Below, in pieces: positions 9,288 to 19,035 of a DNA stretch of 53,456 nucleotides. Where the stretch lies: assembly GCA_036845295.1 (NCBI GenBank), contig DAIUED010000001.1, forward strand, positions 1 through 53,456, read 5' to 3'. A model generated the notes under the pieces. That model saw only the letters and a program-made list of their open reading frames with translations. It searched no databases and was not told where the DNA came from. The position numbers and the translations under genes are program-made. Origin of the DNA: Bacteroidota bacterium (GTDB lineage: Bacteria > Bacteroidota > Bacteroidia > B-17B0 > Aurantibacillaceae). The number at the start of each line of letters is the position of its first letter. The stretch's first letter is position 1.

Positions 9288-9572
9288 TTAGTTGATTTTG
9301 ATGCAGCCGTCTTTGATCTCGATGTTGGCGCCATCTTTAATTTTTACTTCGCCGCAGCTCGTAATGATTACAGCTTCCTTGGCGCCGCCCTGAATGGTTA
9401 CGCTGGATGTTTTACTGCCATCGAAAGTTACTTCTTTCGTGCTGCCGTCGATTTTTACTTTAAAAGTAACCGACTTAGAGTCTTTGTTGTAGTAGCGGAT
9501 GGTGATGGCGCTGAACGCTGTTGAAATTGCCATTCCGAGAATAGCCACTGTAAGGATCAATTTTTTTTTCAT
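9288..9572 (-). CDS. Small secreted beta-rich protein (94 aa), function unknown
   Basis: I trimmed the start to M36 (MKKKLILTVAILGMAISTAFS), a signal peptide start that clears the anti-sigma gene stop at 9656. It lies downstream of the ECF sigma/anti-sigma pair. Confidence 0.55.
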   Translation of the reverse strand: MKKKLILTVAILGMAISTAFSAITIRYYNKDSKSVTFKVKIDGSTKEVTFDGSKTSSVTIQGGAKEAVIITSCGEVKIKDGANIEIKDGCIKIN

Positions 9573-9655
9573 GTGCTTTGGGTTTTGTTTTGTAATTACG
9601 TTTTTATAAATATATAAATAATACCTAAACCCCGCAAAACAGAGAGGGAAAATCA

Positions 9656-10468
9656 CTAGACGTTGCCTAAAAGACACATGGTGTCAAGGCTTGGGCTCGG
9701 ACTCCCGCCATAGGCTTCGATCGTTACTGCAAACGCTTTGGCGCCCGTAATGGGTTTCATCTTCTGAAAAACAACGCCGTTTTCGAGTGCAATGACGCCC
9801 GCATCCACCGGTTTGCCATCGACAATTGCCCAGAGTTGGTATTGTTTATCGCCCGGGCTTGGTGGCAAGGCCGTTGCATTAAAATAAAGGTCGTTGGTTT
9901 CGGGATTCCAGTGAACCATGGCCGAACGGGTTGCCAGCGAATTCATGCCGTTAAGCGGAATGGCTTTCATGCCAGGGTCTGAAACAATGCTGAAGTTCGC
10001 TGCCAATTTATGCATCGATTCTTTTTCAGCGGCCATCTCAACAGAAAGCATGGTATTGGAAGCACTGGCATCGGCCAGGCGGTTCTCCAGGTCAGACACC
10101 TGACGGTGGAGTGTGTAAATATAAACGCTACTGGCTATGAGCAAGGCTACACTGGCAGCAACAGCCAAGCGGTAGCCAAACGATTTGCCGGCAACAGGCT
10201 CCACACGATTCAATGGAACAACTCTGGCTTCGGGTTCCGCATTGCTGAACTGAATCTGAGAGGCGATCCGGTCTTTGAGATTATCGTTAGGCGCTGGCGT
10301 TTGTTGTGATCCTAACCCTATCAGAGCCGATTCGATCTGCTGGATCTCTTCGAGAAGTTCGGGATGTTTCACACATAGGTCCCTGACCAATGCCGATTCT
10401 TCTTCGGTGGTCATTCCCAGCACATAGCCTTCCAGCAAGCCCGAGGATATGATCTGCTCTACGTTCAC
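9656..10468 (-). CDS. Anti-sigma factor (RskA-like, single TM)
   Basis: It has an N-terminal zinc-less anti-sigma domain, a central TM segment (LAVAASVALLIASSVYIY) and a C-terminal RskA-type domain (YQLWAIVDGKPVDAGV). There is a 4-nt overlap with the sigma gene. Confidence 0.8.
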   Translation of the reverse strand: MNVEQIISSGLLEGYVLGMTTEEESALVRDLCVKHPELLEEIQQIESALIGLGSQQTPAPNDNLKDRIASQIQFSNAEPEARVVPLNRVEPVAGKSFGYRLAVAASVALLIASSVYIYTLHRQVSDLENRLADASASNTMLSVEMAAEKESMHKLAANFSIVSDPGMKAIPLNGMNSLATRSAMVHWNPETNDLYFNATALPPSPGDKQYQLWAIVDGKPVDAGVIALENGVVFQKMKPITGAKAFAVTIEAYGGSPSPSLDTMCLLGNV

Positions 10469-11061
10469 TGCAAAATCTCCTTTTTGGTTAGTTCGCGTAA
10501 CATAAGAATAGCCTGCCGCACTTTGGTTTTAACAGTTCCAAGGGGCATGCCAAGCCGACCCGCAATTTCCTCCTGGGTAAAACCCTGGAAATAGGCCATG
10601 TCGATGATCTGCTGCTGATCTTCTTTCAAACCGGCAATAAGCGTTTTGAACCCAATGGTCTCGTGGCTGCTATTTTCTGTGTACATGCGATTTCGATGAT
10701 ATACGGTATCGCTTGCCTCCTGGATTTTGTTTTTAACTTTTTCGTGTTTCGAGCGGGTACTATCGATCGCCATATTTCGGGCAATATTCAGCATCCAGGT
10801 GTAAAGCCGGCCTTTTTGCTCGTCGTAGGAAGAAAAATGATTCCAGATTTTGACAAATACGTTCTGAAGCACGTCTTCGGCCTCTTCCTGATCATTGGTG
10901 ATGTGGTAAATAACACCAAACAGCGCTTTGGAGTAGTTATCGTACAGGTAAGAAAAAGCCTTTTGGTTTTTCTCCCTGATCAATACAATAAGCTCGTCCT
11001 GAGTATAGGTAACTTTTTTGATGGACCGTTTGTTTTCACGAAAATAGGAGATTATTCCCAC
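10465..11061 (-). CDS. ECF-type RNA polymerase sigma-70 family factor
   Basis: It has a region 2 (VFVKIWNHF...LYTWMLNIARNMAIDSTR) and a region 4 HTH (GFTQEEIAGRLGMPLGTVKTKVRQA). Confidence 0.85.
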   Translation of the reverse strand: MGIISYFRENKRSIKKVTYTQDELIVLIREKNQKAFSYLYDNYSKALFGVIYHITNDQEEAEDVLQNVFVKIWNHFSSYDEQKGRLYTWMLNIARNMAIDSTRSKHEKVKNKIQEASDTVYHRNRMYTENSSHETIGFKTLIAGLKEDQQQIIDMAYFQGFTQEEIAGRLGMPLGTVKTKVRQAILMLRELTKKEILQ

Positions 11062-11088
11062 AAAAAAAAACGTGTTCCTGGCATTGTA

Positions 11089-12390
11089 TCAACTCTTATC
11101 TCCATCCAGCGCGTCGGCAACCGTAAAGGTACTTCCGCCCACAAATATTAAGTCCTTGGTAGTTGCCCGTTTTTTAGCACTTGCCAGCGCGTCGGCCACT
11201 GTGCCGAACACGTTGCCTTTAAGGCCGGCCTTTTTTGCCAGTTCTGCCAATTCGTGCTCGTCCATAGCGCGCGGAATACTCGCCTTACAGAAATAATACA
11301 GCGCATCTTTTGGTAGCAGCTTCAGGATCTTCGACACGTCTTTATCGTTTACCATCCCCAACACGATGTGCAGATTACGGAATGTATAACGTGACAGGTT
11401 GGCCAATACTTCGCGGATGCCATCTTCGTTATGACCTGTATCGGCAATCACCAAAGGCTTTTCCGAGATAAGCTGCCACCTTCCGCGAAGGCCGGTAATT
11501 TTCTGTACCTGGCGTAGTGCGTGGGTTACTTCCTTGTCTTCGATCATAAAGCCCTTGCTGCGGAGAACATCCACCATGTTGAGCACGCCTGGCAGGTTCT
11601 TAAGCTGGTAGCTGCCTTGTAAATCGAGTTCGTAAGTAACCTGTTGATTAAGCCTTTTGTTAAGAACCGTAGCGGCCAGAACGTTCCCGGAATAGGCATG
11701 AGATAAGACTTTATAGTTTTTATCGGCAAACTCTATGGGTGCTTTTAGTTCTTTGGCGCTAGCATTAAAAACGGAAATTACCTCCAGTTGGGTCTGGCTA
11801 ATGACAACCGGCACGCGGCTTTTGATAATGCCTGCTTTTTCGGTAGCAATTTTTTGAAGGCTGTCACCCAGCAGGTTCATGTGGTCGAGCCCGATGTTGG
11901 TGATAAGGCAAGCTACCGGGTTGATCACGTTGGTGGAATCGAGCCGGCCACCTAAGCCCACTTCGATCACGGCAATGTCCACTTCTTCTTTCACAAAATG
12001 ATCGAAAGCCAATCCTACCGTCCATTCAAAAAAAGACGGTTCTATTTCTTCGAAAGCCTCTTTGTACTTTTCTACAAATTTAACCACGTCGGCTTGTGCG
12101 ATCATTTTGCCGTTCACCTTGATCCGTTCCCTGAAATCGGTGAGATGTGGCGAAGTGTAAAGACCGGTTTTATAACCTGCCTGTTGCAGAATGGCAGCAA
12201 GCATGTGCGACGATGACCCTTTGCCGTTGGTTCCGGCAATATGAATGCATTTCAGTTTTTTTTCCGGATTACCCAGCTTGGCGCAAATAGCCAAGGTATT
12301 ATCGAGATTGGCTTTGTAAGCCGCTGCGCCCACGCGCTGATACATGGGTAGCTTGGTAAAAAGGTAGTCGAGGGTTTGTTTATAGGTCAT
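11089..12390 (-). CDS. folC: Bifunctional folylpolyglutamate synthase / dihydrofolate synthase
   Basis: It has a Mur-ligase fold with the P-loop HIAGTNGKGS and the typical FolC N-terminal motif (LDYLF...P.YQRVG..AY). Confidence 0.9.
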   Translation of the reverse strand: MTYKQTLDYLFTKLPMYQRVGAAAYKANLDNTLAICAKLGNPEKKLKCIHIAGTNGKGSSSHMLAAILQQAGYKTGLYTSPHLTDFRERIKVNGKMIAQADVVKFVEKYKEAFEEIEPSFFEWTVGLAFDHFVKEEVDIAVIEVGLGGRLDSTNVINPVACLITNIGLDHMNLLGDSLQKIATEKAGIIKSRVPVVISQTQLEVISVFNASAKELKAPIEFADKNYKVLSHAYSGNVLAATVLNKRLNQQVTYELDLQGSYQLKNLPGVLNMVDVLRSKGFMIEDKEVTHALRQVQKITGLRGRWQLISEKPLVIADTGHNEDGIREVLANLSRYTFRNLHIVLGMVNDKDVSKILKLLPKDALYYFCKASIPRAMDEHELAELAKKAGLKGNVFGTVADALASAKKRATTKDLIFVGGSTFTVADALDGDKS

Positions 12391-12422
12391 TGCCTGATGC
12401 CTTGTGAGACCTGCCGAACGTA

Positions 12423-13268
12423 TTAAAATTTAAAGACGATAGTAATGGTTCCTTTCTGCTCCTCAAATTCGCCGCTCACATTGAAACGCGTTGCCAATGC
12501 CGCCTGACGGGCTTTTGTTTTCAGGATCGGGCTGTTGGTGTCGGTTCCTCTACCTGTAGGTTCAGCTTTGATTACTTTCCCGGTTTTATCGACGGTAATT
12601 TCCACCACCACAGTGCCCTCTTCCTGAGTGTCTTTACTAATAGGTGGCGGCGTTACGATGGAGCGATTTCCTAAACTGTAGCCAAATCCTCCGGGGTCGT
12701 TGCCGCTACCTGGTCCTTTCCCAGGGCCCGTTGATCCGCCCTGGCCGCCGCCCGTGCCACCATCGCCGTGCACATTCGGCTTGCCGTCGGGCCGTCCTTC
12801 ATCGCCGGCCTGCCCGCTGTTTCCATCGCCGCCAGCACTTTTACCCTGATTTTTCTTCGCAGCCTCGGCAATTTTTTCTGCTATGGTTTTTTCTTTGGGC
12901 TTAACCGGTATAACGACTGTCTGTGCCGGCTTATTTTCGCTCTTTTGTATATCCGACTCTTCACCGTTATCAGAAGTTACAAATTCTTCTGTGGGATTCT
13001 GAGGCTGTGGCGGAGTTGTTTGGCTGCTCTCGACCACTTTTACAGCTTCGCCGATACCATTGCTGGGATCTACATTCCCGGTGCCCTCGATCATGTTACC
13101 GATGTTGAACTCCAGGCCACCGCCTCCCGCCGACGTTACCGGAAAAGGCGGATTTGGCGTTACAATGATGAATAAAATAAAAAACAGGAGCAGCAGAGCA
13201 AAAATTGCGACGGAAATTCCCCAGGATATGAGTTTATGCCTGGTTTGTTCTGATTGTGATAAAACCAT
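12423..13268 (-). CDS. tonB: Energy transducer TonB
   Basis: It has an N-terminal TM anchor, a Pro/Gly/Gln-rich spacer and a C-terminal TonB-like domain. It lies in a cluster with exbB and exbD. Confidence 0.75.
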   Translation of the reverse strand: MVLSQSEQTRHKLISWGISVAIFALLLLFFILFIIVTPNPPFPVTSAGGGGLEFNIGNMIEGTGNVDPSNGIGEAVKVVESSQTTPPQPQNPTEEFVTSDNGEESDIQKSENKPAQTVVIPVKPKEKTIAEKIAEAAKKNQGKSAGGDGNSGQAGDEGRPDGKPNVHGDGGTGGGQGGSTGPGKGPGSGNDPGGFGYSLGNRSIVTPPPISKDTQEEGTVVVEITVDKTGKVIKAEPTGRGTDTNSPILKTKARQAALATRFNVSGEFEEQKGTITIVFKF

Positions 13269-13280
13269 AACTATTCGTTT

Positions 13281-13691
13281 TTATTTGCCGTTTGAGGGCT
13301 TGGTTGCCCAAATCATCTTGCACTTGAGTTTATCCAGGATCACCATTACATCCACGGCGTCTTGTATGCTCAAATCTTTATCCATCTGTAATACGACGGT
13401 TGGCTCCGGATTGTTTCCGATTTTTCCAGTTAAAACAGACTCCAGGGAGCCGAAATCTACCGGCTCTTTTTCTACAAAATAATTCCTGTCGCTCGAAACG
13501 TCCAGGTGAATAGGATGTTTGTTGTTCTCAACCGGTTTGGTAGGTTTAGAGCTTGGCAAATTTACCTTGATAGCATTCGGGCTTACCATGGTTGACAGGA
13601 TCAGGAAGAATAGCAGGAGAAAGAACATGATGTCGTTGAGCGACTCTGTACTTACTTCCGCTTCCCGGTGTGCTTTTTTGCGTAGTCCCAT
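13281..13691 (-). CDS. exbD: Biopolymer transport protein ExbD/TolR
   Basis: The 136-aa protein has one TM helix (DIMFFLLLFFLILS) and an ExbD-type periplasmic domain. Confidence 0.85.
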   Translation of the reverse strand: MGLRKKAHREAEVSTESLNDIMFFLLLFFLILSTMVSPNAIKVNLPSSKPTKPVENNKHPIHLDVSSDRNYFVEKEPVDFGSLESVLTGKIGNNPEPTVVLQMDKDLSIQDAVDVMVILDKLKCKMIWATKPSNGK

Positions 13692-13748
13692 GGGTTAAAT
13701 CAGATTGAAACGTTACTTTGGTGTGATGTCTGGCCGCTTGGCTATAGC

Positions 13749-14483
13749 TTATTTACTAGGTTCGTTCAGGATATCAAGAAAAGCGATCTGCGATTCTTCC
13801 ATGCGATGAGCCAGTTTGTCGATGCGGGCATTAAGCCAGTGGTAGCCTACAAAAGCAATCACACCAACAACGAGACCGCCGCAGGAAGTGATCATTTTCT
13901 GGTAAAGACCGGAAGAGATGACTTCAATTTCCACGGTTTTGGCTACCGAAATATCATAGAAGATCTTGATTACACCAATGATGGTTCCGATGAAGCCGAA
14001 CATGGGAGCGATACGCCCGGTGATGTTCAGGATGCTCATGTTTTTCTCGAGAGCGGCCAATTGCGCCGATCCTGATTTATCCATGGCCTCGCGGATTTCA
14101 CTCATCGGCTGACCGATGCGGGAAATGCCTTGTTCAAGCATCAGTGACTCGGGCGTATTGACGGTTTTGCAGAGGTTGCGTGCGCTATCCAGGCTTCCTT
14201 TGTTGATCATTTCTTTGACATTGGGCAGCAGCGTAGGGTTTTTCTTGGATGCTTTGGAAATGAGCATCAAACGCTCGATCATGACATACAAGGAAAGCAC
14301 CAGCAACAGGGCCAGTGGTATCATGATCACACCACCTTTCACGATGATATCGAAGAGAGAGATCTCGTTGGGAGGCAGCGCTGGCACCTGTTGGATACCG
14401 ACAGCACCCGATTGCGCGCCCGCCATAGAGTCTGACGCAATGCCCGCCACAGAATTGGCGGTTTGAAGAATGAAAGAAAGCAT
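13749..14483 (-). CDS. exbB: MotA/TolQ/ExbB proton channel protein
   Basis: It has three TM segments and the conserved C-terminal ExbB motif (APMFGFIGTIIGVI). Confidence 0.85.
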   Translation of the reverse strand: MLSFILQTANSVAGIASDSMAGAQSGAVGIQQVPALPPNEISLFDIIVKGGVIMIPLALLLVLSLYVMIERLMLISKASKKNPTLLPNVKEMINKGSLDSARNLCKTVNTPESLMLEQGISRIGQPMSEIREAMDKSGSAQLAALEKNMSILNITGRIAPMFGFIGTIIGVIKIFYDISVAKTVEIEVISSGLYQKMITSCGGLVVGVIAFVGYHWLNARIDKLAHRMEESQIAFLDILNEPSK

Positions 14484-14702
14484 GTGGCTTATTATTAATT
14501 ATACGAAGTTACTTTAGAAAGAAACGGGTAAATTAAGCCATAAGCGATGTTTTTAAACAGATTTGTGTTAGTATAATAGTACACTTGCCCAAAAGATACA
14601 ATTCCAATCAACTTTTCTTACCACGGCTCCTGAAGCCTGTTTTGTCGCGATCACACCTCACATCAGGCAAATTTACACAGCTTTTTTGTCCCATTACCAG
14701 GC

Positions 14703-14710
14703 TACTTTTG
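14703..14710 (+). promoter_or_regulatory. Candidate -7 promoter box (TACTTTTG, matching TAnnTTTG)
   Basis: The motif matches exactly and lies 35 nt upstream of the ATG at 14745. An upstream TTG at 14686-14688 is closer than the usual spacing, so this is tentative. Confidence 0.3.
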
Positions 14711-14744
14711 CTACCATAACCCATTTAAACCGCTTAAACGCCTT

Positions 14745-15152
14745 ATGACGACACAATCTGTTTTTATTAACCTGCCTGTGAAAGACCTCGCCCGCTCCAT
14801 TGCTTTCTTTACCGAACTGGGCTATTCGTTCAACGCTCAATTTACCGACGAACAAGCAACCTGCATGGTCATTAGCGACACGATCTTTGCGATGCTGCTT
14901 ACCCACAAGCGTTTTGCCGATTTTACCCGCAAGCCCATTGCCGATGCCACCAAAACTACGGAAGTACTTATTGCCTTATCGGCAGAAAGCCGCGAAGCCG
15001 TTCATCAACTGGTAGAAAAAGCATTGGCAGCAGGCGGCAAGGAGGCGAGCGATCCGCAAGACCATGGCTTTATGATCAGCCGCAGCTTCGAAGATCCTGA
15101 TGGCCATATTTGGGAGATTGTGTGGATGGATCCTAATTTTGTACAGAAATAA
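14745..15152 (+). CDS. VOC (glyoxalase/bleomycin-resistance fold) family protein
   Basis: The 135-aa protein has a typical VOC beta-alpha-beta-beta-beta pattern and C-terminal motif (FEDPDGHIWEIVWMDP). Confidence 0.75.
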   Translation: MTTQSVFINLPVKDLARSIAFFTELGYSFNAQFTDEQATCMVISDTIFAMLLTHKRFADFTRKPIADATKTTEVLIALSAESREAVHQLVEKALAAGGKEASDPQDHGFMISRSFEDPDGHIWEIVWMDPNFVQK

Positions 15153-15173
15153 TTTATTAATTTTAATTGTTAT

Positions 15174-15704
15174 ATGACTATCGTTTTCATCTCTATCGGG
15201 GCACTTATTGCCCTTGTGCTGATCGCCGCGGCCTTTCAAAGCAACCAGTTCAGCATTTCGCGCAGCGTGCTTATCAACCGGCCTGTTGAGCCGGTATTCG
15301 ACTACCTGCGCTACCTGCGCAATATGGAGCGCTACAATAAATGGGTGATGACAGACCCATCTCAAACGGTGCACACCACTGGCATAGATGGCCAGGAAGG
15401 GTTTATTTACGCCTGGGAAAGCAAGCATAAAAATGTTGGGAAAGGGGAGCAGGAAATTAAAAGCGTTGCGTTGAACCAAAAAATCACCACTGAGATCCGT
15501 TTCGAAAAACCATTTAAAGGCATTTCGGAAGCGGTATTGACTACCGAGTCGGCCGGCAACGGTCAAACGAAAGTAACTTACACATTCCAGGGGCCAAAAA
15601 ACTTTGGGATGAAAATCGCGCACCTGTTGCTTGGCCTCGAGAAAGTGCTGGGTAAAGACTTGCAAACAACTGTCGATAATCTAAAAAGCCAGCTCGAACA
15701 ATAA
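15174..15704 (+). CDS. SRPBCC (START/polyketide-cyclase-like) family protein with N-terminal TM anchor
   Basis: An N-terminal hydrophobic helix is followed by a ~150-aa SRPBCC-like body. This is recognition by eye. Confidence 0.55.
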   Translation: MTIVFISIGALIALVLIAAAFQSNQFSISRSVLINRPVEPVFDYLRYLRNMERYNKWVMTDPSQTVHTTGIDGQEGFIYAWESKHKNVGKGEQEIKSVALNQKITTEIRFEKPFKGISEAVLTTESAGNGQTKVTYTFQGPKNFGMKIAHLLLGLEKVLGKDLQTTVDNLKSQLEQ

Positions 15705-15723
15705 GTTTATTTGTTTCTCGAAA

Positions 15724-15747
15724 CCCCGCCCAATGCGGGGTTTTTTT
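15724..15747 (+). terminator. Rho-independent terminator
   Basis: The perfect 6-bp GC stem ccccgc / gcgggg has a 5-nt loop and is followed by T7, 20 nt after the stop at 15704. Confidence 0.8.
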
Positions 15748-15827
15748 ATGGGCTTTTTAGCCCCCGTCTGTTTGCAGGACCGCCGTGACGTTGGCACCTG
15801 CTTTGAACACTTGCCGTAAAACCAGTT

Positions 15828-18662
15828 ATGGCACTCACCAGCTATCGAAAAAAACGCAACTTCAAGGAATCGCCAGAGCCTACGGGTGGAAAAGCCGATA
15901 CGCCAAAATTACGTTTCGTGATCCAGAAACACGATGCGTCGCACCTGCACTACGACTTCCGGCTAGAAATGGAAGGTGTGCTGAAAAGCTGGGCTGTTCC
16001 AAAAGGCCCATCGACCGATCCCAGTGTAAAACGCCTGGCCATGATGGTGGAAGACCATCCGTATGATTACCGCAATTTCGAAGGCATCATTCCAAGCGGC
16101 TACGGTGCCGGAACGGTTATCGTATGGGACGAGGGCTTCTATGAACCGGCAGATGCTGGTACGAAAGACAAAAAAACCATGACCCGGGAACTGATGGCCG
16201 GCCTGAAAAAAGGAAAGCTGCACATTGTGATGAAAGGCAAAAAGCTAAAGGGTGAATACGGCCTCATCAAAGCTTTCGGGCGTGGTAAAAACAGTTGGCT
16301 ACTATTTAAAGCCAAAGACCGCTATGCATCTACAGATGACATTACATTGAAGGACAAATCGGTGATCTCAAAAAAAACGCTGGCCCAGGTTGAAAAGACC
16401 ACGACGAACTTCTACGGATCGAAGCGTGTAAGGGAAAGCTCCCGTAAAAGCACCAAGGAAAAAACCCTGAACGGTCGAAGTGACGTCGAAGTAGCGAGCG
16501 CTAAAAATGCTGCCGAAAAAAGAGGACGTAGAAAAACTGCCGCGCAAGGACGCGAAACGACAAGTCTCAAAAAGGTCGCCGCGAAAAGCCCTTCACGGAA
16601 AAAAAGCAGCGGCAAAGCGGAAAGCACGAAAGCGCCTGTCCGCAAACGCCGAAGCGCCGGAATGGCGAGTATTCTGAAAAAAGCACCGAAATCGGCCTTC
16701 CCTGCCAAACTGAAACCCATGCTGGCTACCCTGGTGGACAAACCTTTTGACGAAGCCGGTTGGCTCTATGAGATCAAGTGGGATGGCTATCGCGCCCTTG
16801 CGTTTTCCCACAATGGCGTGGTGTCTTTAAAATCCCGGAACGACAAGTCGTTCGACGAAAAGTTTTACCCGGTGAAAGAAGCAATAGAGGCCTGGGGACC
16901 CGAAGCAGTAATCGACGGTGAGATCGTTGTGATCAGGGAAGACGGCATTAGCAACTTTGGCGATCTGCAAAACTGGAGAAGCGAAGCCGATGGCGACCTG
17001 TACTATTATGCCTTCGACCTGATCTGGTACGAGGGAAAAGACCTCAGCGATCTTCCACTGTCAGATCGAAAATCCATATTGAAGTCGATCGTACCGCCGG
17101 AAGGATTGATCCGCCTCAGCGACAGCTTTTCCGAATCGGGCACCGAGTTCTTTGAAGCGGCAAAAAAAACGGGACTGGAAGGTATTATTGCCAAACGCGC
17201 CGACAGTATATATGTGCCGGGCGACCGCAGTAGCAATTGGCTAAAAATCAAGGCGAACAAGCGGCAGGAAGTCGTGATCGGTGGCTTCACAAAAAACGAC
17301 GATTCAAGCAAGCTGTTCAGCTCCCTGCTGGTTGGCTTCTTTGAGAAGGGTAAACTGATATATACCGGCAAGATCGGAACAGGCTTCAATGCACAGGATC
17401 AGCGCGACATGATGAAGCAGTTTAAGCCGTTGATCGTGAAAACCGCGCCTTTTTCTGAATTACCCGACGTGAACAAACCTTCGCGTTTCAGGCCTGATCC
17501 GCCACACGCCAAGGCTACCTGGCTAAAGCCGGTGCTGGTCTGTGAGGTGAGCTATACCGAAATGACCAGTGACGGCGTGATGCGCCATCCATCGTTTGAA
17601 GGCATGCGCATCGACAAAGACGCTGGCGATGTGGCGAAGGAAAAACCCAAATCCACAACCAAAACGGTAAAAGCGGCCAAAACTTCCCGCAAACCGGTAG
17701 TTACTCAAACGCCCAGGCGCGACCGGAAAACACTTCTCAATCCTGGCGACGAAACACAGGTAAGAAAGGTAAACGGACACGAGCTAAAATTTACCAACCT
17801 CAGTAAACTCTACTGGCCGAAAGAAAAAATAACCAAACGCGATCTGATCAACTACTATTACCAGGTAGCGCCTTACATCCTGCCCTATCTCAAAAACCGG
17901 CCGCAGTCGATGTTACGGCACCCCGACGGCATTGGCAAATTCAGCTTCTTTTATAAGAACATCAAAGGGAAAGCGCCCGATTGGGTGGAGACGTTCGATT
18001 ATCTCAGCGAAAGTGATGGAGAGGAAAAAGAATACCTGGTAGCGAAAGACGAAGCCAGTTTGCTCTATATGGCTTCACTGGGCTGTATTGAAATGAACCC
18101 CTGGCACAGCCGAGTGGAAAGTGAAGATTTCCCGGACTGGTGCATCCTCGACCTCGACCCTGGAAGCAAGAGCAGCTTTGAACATGTTATCCAAACGGCT
18201 CTGGTTTGCAAAGATATTCTGGATAGCTTAGGCGCCGACGCTTATTTGAAAACGAGCGGATCGACCGGTATGCATATCTATCTGCCACTTGGCGCCAACT
18301 ACAGCTATGAGCAATCGAAAGAATTTGCGAGGGCCGTAGCACATTTGGTTCATGAACGACTTCCGCAGATTACCAGCATTGAGCGTACTGTAAAAGACCG
18401 AAAGGGAAAGCTATACATTGACTTCCTGCAAAACCGGCCACAAGCCACCGTGTCGGCACCTTATTCCCTCCGGCCCAAGCCCGGTGCCACCGTGTCAATG
18501 CCCTTGCATTGGGATGAGGTAAAACCAGGGCTGAAGATGAGCGATTTCACCATTTACAATGCCCTCGAGCGCCTCAAACGCGAAGGCGACCTCTTTAAAC
18601 CGGTTCTAGGGAAAGGTATCAAACTTGAACGTATTGCTTCAACATTCCATCCGGGCACATGA
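15828..18662 (+). CDS. ligD: ATP-dependent DNA ligase D (3'-phosphoesterase - ligase - polymerase/primase domains)
   Basis: The N-terminal PE domain has LRFVIQKHDASHLHYDFRLE. The ligase adenylation motif I is EIKWDGYR. The C-terminal LigD polymerase domain has YWPKE..TKRDLINYY and LDLDPG. Lys/Ser/Arg-rich linkers separate the domains. Confidence 0.9.
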   Translation: MALTSYRKKRNFKESPEPTGGKADTPKLRFVIQKHDASHLHYDFRLEMEGVLKSWAVPKGPSTDPSVKRLAMMVEDHPYDYRNFEGIIPSGYGAGTVIVWDEGFYEPADAGTKDKKTMTRELMAGLKKGKLHIVMKGKKLKGEYGLIKAFGRGKNSWLLFKAKDRYASTDDITLKDKSVISKKTLAQVEKTTTNFYGSKRVRESSRKSTKEKTLNGRSDVEVASAKNAAEKRGRRKTAAQGRETTSLKKVAAKSPSRKKSSGKAESTKAPVRKRRSAGMASILKKAPKSAFPAKLKPMLATLVDKPFDEAGWLYEIKWDGYRALAFSHNGVVSLKSRNDKSFDEKFYPVKEAIEAWGPEAVIDGEIVVIREDGISNFGDLQNWRSEADGDLYYYAFDLIWYEGKDLSDLPLSDRKSILKSIVPPEGLIRLSDSFSESGTEFFEAAKKTGLEGIIAKRADSIYVPGDRSSNWLKIKANKRQEVVIGGFTKNDDSSKLFSSLLVGFFEKGKLIYTGKIGTGFNAQDQRDMMKQFKPLIVKTAPFSELPDVNKPSRFRPDPPHAKATWLKPVLVCEVSYTEMTSDGVMRHPSFEGMRIDKDAGDVAKEKPKSTTKTVKAAKTSRKPVVTQTPRRDRKTLLNPGDETQVRKVNGHELKFTNLSKLYWPKEKITKRDLINYYYQVAPYILPYLKNRPQSMLRHPDGIGKFSFFYKNIKGKAPDWVETFDYLSESDGEEKEYLVAKDEASLLYMASLGCIEMNPWHSRVESEDFPDWCILDLDPGSKSSFEHVIQTALVCKDILDSLGADAYLKTSGSTGMHIYLPLGANYSYEQSKEFARAVAHLVHERLPQITSIERTVKDRKGKLYIDFLQNRPQATVSAPYSLRPKPGATVSMPLHWDEVKPGLKMSDFTIYNALERLKREGDLFKPVLGKGIKLERIASTFHPGT

Positions 18663-18928
18663 AACACCGATCTGTCAACCCCTACTATAACGTTTACAGG
18701 CTTATTACCAACCGCAGGGAACGCCTCTGCGTGGCAATATCCAAAACATTTGAAACGCTTATTGATGAGGCGGTGAAACGTTATGGCTCCATTCAAAAAG
18801 TGCCGGTAGAAATAACCGTTCGCGGCATTTTTATGGAATGCCACGAAAACCACAACTATACATTTGATGCCGAGCGGCAGGAAAGCGATGTGGTCATGAA
18901 TCAACTAAGACCTTATGCTTACGATTAA
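18659..18928 (+). CDS. Hypothetical 89-aa protein translationally coupled to ligD
   Basis: An ATGA start/stop overlap joins it to ligD. I recognised no motif. Confidence 0.45.
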   Translation: MKHRSVNPYYNVYRLITNRRERLCVAISKTFETLIDEAVKRYGSIQKVPVEITVRGIFMECHENHNYTFDAERQESDVVMNQLRPYAYD

Positions 18929-19035
18929 GCGTAAATCTCCGTATGGAATTTTTTACACAGCTTGGCCGGAATTGCCTTTAAAACAGCAGGCACGGAATTG
19001 AATTCGGATTTTACGGAACTTTAATACTTACGGCC

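Noticed and set aside
12644-13175. Several plus-strand ORFs (12644-12904, 12768-13175, 12923-13108) overlap tonB.
   Set aside because: They are antisense to the Pro/Gly-rich TonB spacer. Their biased composition explains the open frames, and the TonB frame has the TM anchor and C-terminal domain.
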